Source of the DNA: Octopus vulgaris
Lineage: Eukaryota
Reading direction: 5' to 3'
Assembly: GCA_951406725.2 (NCBI GenBank)
Contig: OX597828.1
Coordinates: forward strand, 8,928,001 to 8,992,000
Length of the DNA stretch: 64,000 nucleotides
Of the stretch, positions 1 to 11,716 are shown piece after piece. Each line of letters starts with the position of its first letter. Position 1 is the first letter of the stretch. The notes below the pieces were generated by a model, which saw only the letters and a program-made list of their open reading frames with translations, made no database searches and was not told the origin of the DNA. A program made the position numbers and the translations under genes.

Positions 1-233
1 CTGCTCTGCTACACACACACACACATACACACACGCGCGCACACACACGCACACACACACACACACACACATAACACACACACACACATTTATATATATA
101 TATATATGTATATGCATATGTATGTATATATATATATATATATTAATATTTATATATATTTATATAAATATATAAATATATATAGATATGCATATATATA
201 TATAAGCATTCGTATGTGCATACACACACACAC

Positions 234-274
<41 letters not shown>

Positions 275-2938
275 GCACATATATATATATACATATATGA
301 ATATAGAGAGAGAAATGAGTGATATATATGTTTGTATGTTAATATATAAAGGTTCATATGCATGTATACATACATACGCACGTACAAACACATATATCTG
401 TAATATGTTAAATATATATTTAGTCGCGTAGAGAGAATATAAACTGTGAATAAATCACAGGATCTGCGACAGATGAAAGTGCGGAATCTGACAACTAATT
501 TTATCTTTCTTCAGACTCATTCAGAGTCGCTTGCTTTCCATCTCAATTTTCACAGCAGCAAACAATGTATCTTGTTTATGAAAAGCGTAAACCATCAGAG
601 ATGTAAAATTATCTATATGTTCGATGGCCAGGATTTATTAAGAAATATACCAAGAGTGATGAGAATAAATGCGTATAGAGAAAAAAATATATACAATGTT
701 GTTAACTGTCATATATTAATGTTGTTATGAAAGTATATTTTCTTTTTTTAACCGGAAATTATTTGATTTCAATATACGCATTTCTTTATAAAGACGTTAT
801 TTTTCTGAATTTGCTCGCCAATCCCAGCCATGAAACTTATTAGCACAGACGCTGGCATGCACACATCTAAATGTGTATAAATGTGCGTTTGTACATGGGC
901 ATATGTCTATGCCTCTATCTATATAACTATATCTGTCTATATCCAAGTATTTTTTCATATATTTAAATCTATACATAAGTTTATATCTATCCATCTATCT
1001 ATCTGTCCACCTATCTTTCTATATGTATGTGTGTATATATACATATGTAGATGCGCACACAGAAACATATACATATCTTCTTATCACCATTTAACATAAA
1101 TATTGATACCTTACAGAATGTATTAAATGACATAAACATATTCATTTATCTTCCCAAATTATTTTCGCGGTTTTCTCAGTATGAGATAAATCTACAGACA
1201 GACAGACGAACAATATGAATTATCTAAACCCAACCTCAAAGAATACGTTAGCCAATTGACAGCAGTAAATATTCGAACACGTTGCCGGTTTGAAACAGAT
1301 TTTAAGAATATCATTGCTGGTGTGTAGCAGAGCAAAACCTAACGATGATATAAATGTAAAGGAAAACGGCGATACGAAACTGACATGGAATAAACAAGAT
1401 ATTTGATAAATGTCTCGGGGAATGTGTATATTGAATGTTCTTTAGTTCGTTTTAAGGTCGCAAGGGAACACAGTCTTCATACTTGGATGTTCTAGTTCTT
1501 TTGTGTTGTTCCAGTTTATATCCAGTGTCTGATATATTTAGTTGGGTTATACATTGCATGACAACCTTAGACTGTGTGTTAACGTGTTGGAGATGGTTGC
1601 TGCGATTTGCTAATGTGAGAGTTTATGTATGTATGTATGTATGTATGTGGCTGTATGTATAAGTATGTATGTATACATTGAAACAAGCAATAGAAAGATA
1701 GTGGACAGATATATAGATATATTTGTAGAGAGAAAGACAGGCATTTAGATAGATAGATAGAACCAAAATATTCATGCATACTGACGCGCGCACTCGCGGC
1801 TTCTTTCACACATGAATGAAAACTGAAAATTCTCGTTACTTCGTATACTTATTTATCACTATTGTCACCCGTTAATGTTTCACGGAATTATTAGCAAACC
1901 TATTGGGTTATTCATGACAACTTTACCTAAACACCCTGGAAGTGTAGCTCGTGTTGTGTCTATATCAAAAGATGGTCGCTTATCTTTCATCCACTGAACA
2001 CATAAGCAGAAAAAATTTCGCTTTGAAATCCATATGGTCACAATTTCATATCTACAAAACAAAAAATTTGCAATAAAAAAATTATTTTATTTGTAAAATA
2101 TAGGGGTCACAATTTTACGGGGTTAAAGATTTAATACAACATGGTATACTCTGAAAGCCACATCGTTTGTTACTTATAAGCTAAGGTGATGGATCTGACA
2201 AAATACACATTTAAATTTGCGTACGACTTTCAGTCCAATTCTTCTTTGCAGACTATGTTCTTCGTGTAAGTTCTTCCTCTTTTTTCCCCTCTCTGTGAGT
2301 GTTGATAACTTTAACGCACACGTCAGATAATTTGCAATCCCTTGCCAATGCAACTTATAGTTGGCCATGGTCGAATACATGTTCGGACCAGAACAACACC
2401 ACTTTATCAAATGTCTGCCCTTGTGATTTATTGATAGTCATTGCATATAACAAGCGAACGGGAAACCGGTTTCTTTCTAAGTTGACTGGCAAGTTTGGGA
2501 TGCGCATGCGTTAAGTGATAGGTGATATTAAAAACTTAGACCAATTAAAAATATATATATTTTTTACTATGCACTCACGATCGCTGCCACCATCTCTCTC
2601 TTTCTCTCTCACTCCTCTCTCTCCCTCTCTCCTTCTGCCTTCCTTTAATCGCACCACCAGAATATCACCTCTCTGCTAAAGTTATACTCCTACCTCTCCT
2701 CTGGATCACTATTTTCAAATAACTTTATTAACCATGTAATAAATATTACGTTTCCCCTACCACATGTCATGGATGCCTCTCTCTCCGTCTTTTTATCTCC
2801 TTCTTTTTCTTTCTCTCTTCTTTTCTATCTCACTCTTCAGCTAAAGAACGTAACGATATGCAGGAGTATGATGAGAAATCCAGTTGGTGGGACGTTTCTG
2901 TCGGCATTATGATATAAATTGTTATATCATGCATGTTT

Positions 2939-2939
<1 letters not shown>

Positions 2940-2989
<50 letters not shown>

Positions 2990-3356
2990 GCGTGAGAGAG
3001 CAGTGCATGCCATTAAAGTGACACGAGTAAAATATACGAAGCCCAGTATACCCATCATGACAACCCGTCTGGTAAGGGTACACCAGGCACATGAATCACA
3101 ACCGTGTGTGCAACATCGTGATCACATATCAAAATAAACAGCGCATGACCTTGCAGGTGGAGTCCAGTTAGAATTTACTTCAGGTCGAGTGGCCCATCCC
3201 GCTCAAAAAGTCTAGGTTTAAGTGTTGTTTAAGGATGTTGAACAAAACACAAGTTTCCGACGGTGAATTATCCAAATTCCAAAGAATTCCTCTCAACACA
3301 TGGCTATGATGCTCCCGCACTATTTCTGCTCGTGATCAGAGATGCACATATCGTCA
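2940..3356 (-). mobile_element. 3' UTR fragment of a non-LTR retrotransposon ending in a (TAA)n tail
   Basis: Complex, GC-richer segment 2990-3356 abuts a pure (ATT)n tract 2940-2989, which reads (TAA)n on the minus strand. It ends abruptly at a Penelope fragment. Family not determined. Confidence 0.4.
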
Positions 3357-3360
3357 CTCA

Positions 3361-3510
3361 CTTGACAGAGAACACCACTTGGAAATACGAAAACTAAAAG
3401 AAGCAGCACACATGCTAGGACGCAACAACCTCCTAAGTAAACCGAGTGCAGATATGAACAGCATATGGGAACCGGTATTAAGGAAGGATAGGGAAATATT
3501 AGATTTATAA
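3361..3510 (+). pseudogene. C-terminus of a Penelope-like (Poseidon-type) GIY-YIG endonuclease ORF
   Basis: Hand translation LDREHHLEIRKLKEAAHMLGRNNLLSKPSADMNSIWEPVLRKDREILDL* fits the PLE EN C-terminal pattern (LDxExxxxxRKxKExxH...W.P.L). It is followed by an HHR-bearing terminal repeat. Confidence 0.65.
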
Positions 3511-3763
3511 GCCCTAAAATTCAATCTGGCATATGGAGTAGTGGTCAAGAGCGCAGGCTACTAACCCCAAGTTCGATTCCAGGTAATAACCTGGATAATA
3601 ATAATAATAACAACAACAATACAACATGTACAAATACTTTAAGAATGAGAACTCAGGTTCGAAATTTCCCCAAGATATCTGATGGAAGCTGGAGGGTATA
3701 TTTGCCGAAACGTTGTGTTAACAACACACAAGATGAGGACAAATATCCGTCAACTGTAAATAA
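3511..3763 (+). mobile_element. PLE terminal repeat copy 1: tRNA-like head + (AAT/AAC)n + degenerate hammerhead
   Basis: A box TGGAGTAGTGG, B box GTTCGATTCC (3571-3580), HHR-like CTGATGG...GCCGAAACGTTGTGTT at 3679-3719. Homologous to 28843-29114, 36292-36574 and 36571-36885. Confidence 0.75.
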
Positions 3764-4573
3764 TCTTTATAGTAACTTATTACAAAATAATGTTTTGTTC
3801 TTTCTTTCGGCTGGGATCGGATAAGAATTGTTCCTTTAAATTCTTGCAGATTATCGTCAAAGCAGTCCTTATAAAATTTGCACGTTATATCCAAAGTGTT
3901 GTGTTAAATTCTAGAATTTAGAAGATGCCTAAATATGTAGATAAATTTTGTGTATTCAACCTCAGCTCTTGACATTTTATTCTCTTTTATCAATACTAGA
4001 CAAATGTGAAGTTAGATTTCACTACCATTTGTTCTCAGAGATATCAGTGAAAACCGAAAGGCAGTTTGACGGAAACTGTTACAAATCTGCCACACTACGC
4101 CAGATATTCCATCCTGATATTGTCAAGGAGTTATATAAATAGCATTTAACGCTCTGTGCTCAAAATATTGAAAGAATGCATATAAATGAGGAACTCAATA
4201 CGTAATCCAATCCATATTATTAAGGAAGACTTTAAACTGTATGTGAGCTTCTGGCATGGTCGAGTTGTAGTTCTGTGTTGCAAAGATGCATCTTAGTTTA
4301 TATCTTCTTGGTCCTACATTTCTCATATTAGGGACAGATGTTAGAAGTTATGATGATTCGTTTTTATTTTTTTATATTTTCCTCATAGTGTCCAAAATAT
4401 ATAGCACTTTCATTATCTTTATATTCACATCAAGAAGTGAATAAATATAAATTATGCACAAACACGCATATAAACACACATAAAAATATGTGGGCGTGTG
4501 TAGGTATGCAAGTATATATACACAGACATATATATATATATATATATCATTATATATATATATGTGTGTATAC

Positions 4574-4626
<53 letters not shown>

Positions 4627-5201
4627 CATACATGGGTACAGGACGTCCCTAACCGTATAATGAACATGAAGTACGAAAACAAACGAGTTGAATATGCAAA
4701 GAATGAGAGAAAATGATGGTAACTGGAAAGTAAACAGAGAACAACGCTTCATTTGACGGTTGACTATCTACTCCTCACTTCGAGTATTCAACGATAATGT
4801 GAGTCCTCAAAGACAGTTGCTCCCATAAATTCCAAAATAAATTTAGGGATTTATAGAGGGTTAAATTTTGGAACAAAAACAGGACAGTGGAGTCATACAA
4901 GGAAACCGAATGAAAACGAAGATGGAGGGTCGTTAGACCAGAACGAGAGGAATGTAGTGGACAGTGGGAGAAAAATTTCTTTTGAAAAGAGAAGAGATAA
5001 AAGAGGAAGATAGAAGACGTCCAGTTCTTAGAACGTCGTGCAGGAAAAGAAAGATGGCCACGTGAGGTAAAGTTAGATACATGAGGGTCATGTGTGAGCA
5101 ACGAGAGAGAGAAAAAAGAGAAGGCGGAGACAGACAGAAAAAAGTGAAGGAGAGAAATGGGAATTAGAGAGGCCGGTGCAACGCCACGCACCCATTTGCA
5201 C

Positions 5202-5232
<31 letters not shown>

Positions 5233-5234
5233 AT

Positions 5235-5440
5235 GTTAATCCAAACAAGAAAACACAAAAAAACACAGCAAAGCGAGGACGTGGAACAAATAAAGTATTA
5301 TTGGACGCTCAGGAAAGATGGGAAGAAGGAGGGTTTAACGTTTCGAGCGGAGCTCTTCGTCGGAAATAAAGGAGAAGGAAAGATCCCGAGAAGGGAAGAC
5401 AGAGGAAAAAAAATTGCTGGCGGTGCTCACGAGGTCACAT
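5235..5440 (-). mobile_element. PLE-type terminal repeat fragment with variant minimal hammerhead, between (TA)n tracts
   Basis: Minus strand 5363-5336 reads CCGACGA-A-GAGC-TCC-GCTC-GAAAC-GTT: HHR core with a U4C change, a perfect 4-bp stem II and a palindromic ACGT stem III. Confidence 0.55.
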
Positions 5441-6435
5441 GTATATATATATATATATATATAACTACATACATATATTAATGTATTGGTGTACTGGCAA
5501 ATGTATAAATACTCGTATTTAAAAATCACTGAGTCTCTTATCGTATGATCAGACACACACTTACATACACTTTTTCTCTCTCTCACACACATATAGACAT
5601 ATATATTTATACACACACACGCACATATATATACATACATATGTATATGTATATATCATATATACGTACACATATATACATGTACAAGCATGTATATATA
5701 TATATACATATACACACTCATATATACATACATACTGATATATGTGTGTATGTGTGTGTGTATAGATATATTAGTAGTTCTTTATATACTTCTATGAACC
5801 AATATAGAAATGGTTATACAGACCAATGGGAGTGCTAGAGGATCTAAGTTTCTCAATTTTATTACTGATTCTTATAAATCTAAGCATATACGGTGTTATG
5901 ATGTTACTCACCATTCGTTTTCCGAAATTGCATTGAATGTCTTCTTGGTGATTCATCTTCAGCTGTATCACTGTAATGACAGCTTATCCGAAGGTAAATG
6001 CACTTTTGGAAGTAGCGTATCCCTGTAGAATATCTTGTATGCGGATAAATATCGAACGCTCTTTTGTGAGCTACGACTTATCAATAAAACAAAAAAAAAC
6101 TGTATTACATAGAATGGAATGGATATGCTACTACAAACACACAAATACACACTCAAACACACAAACAAATACACACACACACGCATCCTCATATATACAT
6201 ACACATATATATGGATATATATGTATGTATACAGAGAGAGAGAAAGGGGAGGTGTTTAAGTACGACTATATATTTATGTATGCATTCATATTTATATATG
6301 CTTATTTAAATATAGATTTTACACTTATATTAGTGTGCGCATGTGCACGAGGAAGTGTTTGTGATTGTACATATATCGACAAATACATACATCGTTATAC
6401 ATGTATACACACACACACACACACAACACACACAC

Positions 6436-6512
<77 letters not shown>

Positions 6513-6522
6513 TACATACATG

Positions 6523-6737
6523 TGGAGGCGCAATGGTTCAGTGGTTAGGGCAGCGTACTCGCGGTTGTAGGATCGCGGTTTCGATTCCCAGATCGGGCAT
6601 GGTGAGTGTTTATTGAGCGATAACACCTAAAGTGTCACGAGCTCCAGCAGGGGTGGTGGCGATCCCTGCTGTACTCTTTTGCCACAACTTTCTCTCACAC
6701 TTCCTTCTTTTGGCCTAGTCTGGTCGGTCACGGTGAT
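6523..6737 (+). mobile_element. tRNA-derived SINE family B (tRNA-Arg-like head, possibly octopus OR-type), internally deleted
   Basis: A box TGGTTCAGTGG, B box GTTTCGATTCC. Homologous to 29824-30130, 30613-30915 and 52874-53168. Confidence 0.85.
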
Positions 6738-6899
6738 ATATACATACTTATAAATATATATATATATACACACACACACATATATATGTACATATATCTG
6801 TGTATGTGTGTGTGTGTGTGTAAATAAACATGCAAATGCCATTTTCAGGACATATTTTCTAGTAAATATTCTACTTTATAGTCACGGGTATCCATTGGT

Positions 6900-7200
6900 A
6901 TAACTACATTTATTTGTTATTTTGAAAGAACGACTACAACCTTTTCAAAAACGATCTTGCGTATCATTGTATGAGATCCCTGTTGCTTATGTTGAATGTA
7001 AATTTCATTTTAAGAACGTTTCCCGATTAACCCATTGTCATTTTGGGGATACAGCGTTGTGTACGATCACATTTATATAGCCGGCAGTTATTTCTGCAAA
7101 CTTCACCACCGGTATTCTAAAAATATAAAGACATGTAATTGTTGTGTCCATGTATGCAAATGTTAGATTCGCATCTATAGTTAGTCCTTTATTTTCGAGG
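6900..7200 (-). pseudogene. possible highly decayed CR1/L2-type LINE RT C-terminal fragment
   Basis: The minus-strand ORF contains KDLENKGLTIDANLTF, resembling the CR1/L2 motif KDLGVxIDxxLxF. The downstream FTFNISNRDLIQ*YARSFLKRL loosely resembles LLxLYKxxVRPxLEY. Weak. Confidence 0.25.
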
Positions 7201-7378
7201 TCCTTTCCACATAGAGTATACACAGTTCTCGTTAATAATTTTCTCGATACTATAATCATATATAGTGAGATGTTGAGTGTAGTGCATATCAAGATCAGAA
7301 GTGAACAGATTTGAGCCCTTGAGGTCAATACAACTGTTAGCATGCTGGCTGATTGGGACTTTGTTCAAAAATCGTATA

Positions 7379-7540
7379 GGCGTAGGAGTGGCTGCGTGGT
7401 AAGTAGCTTGCTCACAAACTACATGGTTCAGTCCCACTGCGTGGCACCATGGGCAAGTTTCTTCTACTATAACCTCGGGCCAAACAAAGCCGTGTGAGTG
7501 GATTCGGTAGACGGAAACTTAAATAAGTCCGTCGTATATA

Positions 7541-7596
<56 letters not shown>

Positions 7597-7793
7597 TATG
7601 TGTATGTGCGTGTATATATTTGTCCCTCGCACATCGATTGACAACCGTTGCTGGTATTAGCGATTCGGCAAAAGAGACCGATAGAATATGTACTAGGCTT
7701 ACAAAGAATAACTCCTGGGATCGATGTGCTCGTCAAAGGTGGTTCTCCAGCATGGCCACAGTCAAATGACTGAAACATGTAAAGAGTAAAGAG
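7379..7793 (+). mobile_element. SINE family A (tRNA head + CORE-like domain + internal (TA)n(TG)n, tail GTAAAGA repeats)
   Basis: Head GGCGTAGGAGTGGCTGCGTGGTAAG, CORE-like CCATGGGCAAGT. Five further copies in the window. Confidence 0.88.
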
Positions 7794-8247
7794 TTTGTGT
7801 GTATGTGTTTGTGTGAGTGATTGCATATGTGCTTATGGGTACCTTTACAGGAACAATAAATAGATTTGGAAAGCGATTGCAAGACTGAATAATTATTTCC
7901 ACATTCACTTAAACCACATTCAGCAGATTCTACATCGAATAGTAGGTTGCGATAGAGAGACGTATAGACCAGGGCTACGAAAACACCATATTTCCTTCCT
8001 TAACTACTCTGTCTGTCCGTCTCTCTCTCTCCCCCCTCTCTCTCACTCTTTTATTCAATCTCTGCTTCCTTCTTTGCATTTAGAGACAAATATATACACA
8101 CTCATACACACACACGCATATATATACACACACAGACGCTTATACACAGTAAATAAATATAAATATTAGATATATATATATATATACATGCATAGATACA
8201 TACATACATACATATATACATACATACATATATACATATATATATAC

Positions 8248-8296
<49 letters not shown>

Positions 8297-8322
8297 TATA
8301 CATACATACATACATACATACA

Positions 8323-8361
<39 letters not shown>

Positions 8362-9048
8362 AGAGAGAGATAGAATCAAATTTACTGCAATAGAGAAATA
8401 TGTAACGACCATTATTTATGCTATGTGTATATATGTATATGAGCATGTGTGTATGTGTGAGTGTGTTTGAGTGTGATGTGTTCGCCTGTGTGTGTGTGTG
8501 CGTGTGTGTCTGCCTGTCTGTGTGTCTGTGTGTAATAAATCTACATACACATGTGTACGAAAATACCTCCATGAATAATATTTTGTTAATATAAATCTTA
8601 AAGTAGAGAACACTCTTTCAGTGATTTGAATGTGTTATTACATTTGATACTTTATTGTAGGTGGATTATTTCTTCGGCGTCATTTTATTGTGAATGCATA
8701 TCAACTTTCTTTTATTCATTATATCTTCAGAGAAGGAGTAATGCTAAGAGACGTTACACAGTTAGCTGTTAAACATTGAGCAGATTAAGGTATCCTTACA
8801 CAAGAAGACAAGGTCGAATTATTAGAGTGGAAGCGACAAGTGGAAGGTGACAGATTGCCTTCATTATATATGAAAACGATCAATTTACCAACTATTTGAT
8901 ATAAATATTTGTTATAATTATCAAACGCGAAAATTCTAAGAGAATTCTAGACTAAACACAACTAAGTAATACTAATTAGTGTTAATATACAAATGCTTAT
9001 AATGAGATAATGTGTTTATATGTGCATACATACATACATATATCTATA

Positions 9049-9123
<75 letters not shown>

Positions 9124-9127
9124 ATAA

Positions 9128-9161
<34 letters not shown>

Positions 9162-10387
9162 GGAGGGAGAGGGAGACAGAATGAGACAGACAGTAACTTT
9201 TAATGCAAGAAAGAAATATGCAATAACCATTATTTATGCTATCTTTATATATGTGGGTGTTAGGATACTTATATATATATATATATATATATGCATGTGT
9301 ATATATGTATTTATGTAAGTGTTATATGTGGGAACATGCCAGCACGCCAGTGTGCTTGTGCTTTGATATCAGGACTACCACAGATGTTGATATGACGGGA
9401 ATGTCTGAAAGTACAACGGTTATAAGAGATGTTGCAGATGAAATGAATTTTGCTACGTAAGACTGGTAATTCGTTGAAGGGGAATTAAAGCAGATTGAAA
9501 GAAGCACGTATCAGTATAAGGACTGTAAATAATAAAGTAATTTTTAATAACCAGGAGGACTTGCAACTAATTGCAATATCGAATTTGGCTTCTTTACAAG
9601 TCAGGTTATGTTAGCGGTAAATAATAGTAAAATAAAGAGAAAATTATTAATTTAAAAAGCAAAATTAGTTTAAGAATATTGAAGCACCGGAAAATGCATA
9701 AAATAAGGCCCACGGCATATTGTTGATTTCTATGTGGTGTTAAAAAATTAAATTCCAGAAACTTCTCCGAAGTGTGGTTTTAATCATAGAATATTATTAT
9801 GTCTAAGGGCAGATTTAATAGAAAGTGTCAAAAGATATGATGATAAGTATATAAGCAGTTGGTTAATGTTTATACTTTACAGATAGAGAGGAAGTTATGA
9901 TAGTAAAATTGTGATCTAGCGATTTTAAGGATGAATTCTGGGTTGGTTGAGCGTCTGATGCTGTTACTTCGGTTCAAAACCTTTATGACTATTTGATTGA
10001 ATTGCACAACCTTTTATGAAGTTTAGCATTCGTTTCATTGCCTGAGTGTTATTAATTTTAATCTATGAAAGGCGTTAGCATTTATTTATTTATGTTATTT
10101 ATACGAGGTTAATTTTATTTATGTTTTCGAAGATGTTACGTTATACTGAATGGAATATTTTAATTAGAAATTTCAGGGTCAATTTTGAGATGATTCACGA
10201 AATATTATTTTGCGTAGCCATCAGGTTTAATTTTTTTAAGGCAGAACACCAACACCCCCCGCCCCAACAAAAGAAAATGCTGATTTATACCGAGATACGA
10301 AGAGTTATTCCTTGGTGTTCGAATCAGTAATGTACATTACACACACACACAAAAACACATTTATGTATATGCATATATGTAGATGTT

Positions 10388-10445
<58 letters not shown>

Positions 10446-10911
10446 ATAATATTAGTTCGTATACGAGTGGGTATATATTTGTAAAAAATGAAGTTCGAAA
10501 ATGCTGCTATATTAGACAAATTTTTAATTTTTATATATACATTATTTATTTAATGTTTCGGTTCTTGAAATGATGAACCTTATCAAAAAAAATTATATAT
10601 AAAAAAGATAGTTCATGCTATCAAATATAAAAAATTCATATATAATATACAATAGAGTCAGACATCAAAAGTTCATATATAGTGAAGTGAGTTCATGCTA
10701 TATGTTTAAAGAGTATGATGTAGTAGTTCATAGTGGTGATATGCATTCAATATAAAAAATAGTTCATAGTGGTGATATGCATTCAATATAAAAAATTGAT
10801 GTTCTTGAAAAAGCGAGGGATTCATTTTAGATTTTACCTTGAGTAACTGTGATGACTTTTGGTCGGTGTCCGCTGGCGAACCTTGTGAATTGTTTGGGTT
10901 TTATATCACCT

Positions 10912-11225
10912 GTTAGGTGGCCAGTCCAGCGGAACGTGACGTCATCAACGTTTTGACCAATCGTTTCGTTAGGTGGCTAGTCAAGCAGAACGGGACGTCA
11001 TCAATATTATGACCAATAAGAATCGGGTCCGACCTATAGCTGTATTAGATCTGCCCCTTGTCTGTATCCCGTTAGGTGGTCAGTCCAGCGTAACGAGACG
11101 TCATCACTGCTTTGACCAATCATCCCGTTAGGTGGCCAGTCCAGCAGAACGAGATGTCATCAATATTTCGACCAATCAGAATCGGGTCTGACCCTTAGCT
11201 GTATCGTATGTGGCCAGTCCATGAG
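10912..11225 (+). repeat. tandem ~56-bp repeats (dimer ~159 bp) inside the PLE 3' region
   Basis: GTTAGGTGGCCAGTCCAGCGGAACGTGACGTCATCAA...GACCAAT units at ~10912, 10968, 11071 and 11127, plus a partial unit at ~11210. Confidence 0.85.
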
Positions 11226-11365
11226 GATTAGATCTGTTTGAAGAGATCTTTTTATAAATTTTTTCCCTTTTCCCTAAGACATATTTCCGTCAGTGTGAGT
11301 GACTGTTTAAGGTAGCGGCCGTGGTGGAATTTCGCTTCTCCTTTTCGGAGGACCAATCTTTTGTT

Positions 11366-11716
11366 TTAATATTCCTGGCCCAGGGTGTTTAAACTTGGTC
11401 TAAATTTTTTGATGAAATACAGTTCTTTATTTTGGCGTTGCGTGAAGGTTGCGTTGTCACTGAATTTATAAAGCGGGTAAGTTGTAAATTTCGGATTTAC
11501 ATTTCCAGCACATCTATCTATGTGCCCGCTGACCGGTATTTTCCGGTATTCAGGGTTTCTAATTTGTGATTTATGCACCGCCATCCTGTTACGTAAGCTA
11601 TTTTTTGTATGGCCTATATACTGCCTATTGCAGCCTGCGCATGTTATGACGTAAATTAAGTTTTCTGATGCGCAGGTGAAGTTTGCTCTAATGGTGAACT
11701 GATGGCCTTGTTCTAG
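11366..11716 (-). CDS. GIY-YIG endonuclease domain of a Penelope-like element (5'-truncated, frame open)
   Basis: The frame extends upstream of the listed ORF: LEQGHQFTIRANFTCASENLIYVITCAGCNRQYIGHTKNSLRNRMAVHKSQI...ELYFIKKFRPSLN. This gives LIY...YIG with the CxxC insertion, the catalytic R, and the C-terminal E and N typical of PLE endonucleases. Confidence 0.9.
   Translation of the reverse strand, partial: LEQGHQFTIRANFTCASENLIYVITCAGCNRQYIGHTKNSLRNRMAVHKSQIRNPEYRKIPVSGHIDRCAGNVNPKFTTYPLYKFSDNATFTQRQNKELYFIKKFRPSLNTLGQEY

Larger units (their letters stand above)
10441..11716 (-). mobile_element. 5'-truncated Penelope-like element (Neptune-type) 3' end, flanked by (TA)n
   Basis: GIY-YIG ORF remnant, a 3' UTR with internal tandem repeats, and a degenerate HHR on the same strand at 10587-10552. 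Confidence 0.8.

Noticed and set aside
1880-2125. Possible piggyBac-like end (…GGGGTTAA) and TCACAATTTCATA motif resembling the MITE interior
   Set aside because: No matching opposite terminus or TSD found.
2460-2512. Palindrome GAAACCGGTTTC and NRF1-like GCGCATGCG (also 37862-37871)
   Set aside because: Isolated short motifs with no supporting CpG island or gene start.
3528-3592. Functional tRNA gene
   Set aside because: Acceptor stem is incomplete, copies are diverged and embedded in a repeat, so it is treated as a tRNA-derived module. The same applies to all SINE heads.
4775-5266. 163-aa minus-strand ORF
   Set aside because: Low-complexity F/S/L composition from a purine-rich strand and a TA tract, with no recognisable domain. 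Probably repeat UTR.
9320-10050. Possible decayed transposase region
   Set aside because: Complex sequence, but no motif could be recognised in the frames examined.
10912-11225. CRISPR-like array
   Set aside because: Units are tandem without unique spacers, lie in a eukaryotic retroelement UTR, and there are no cas genes.
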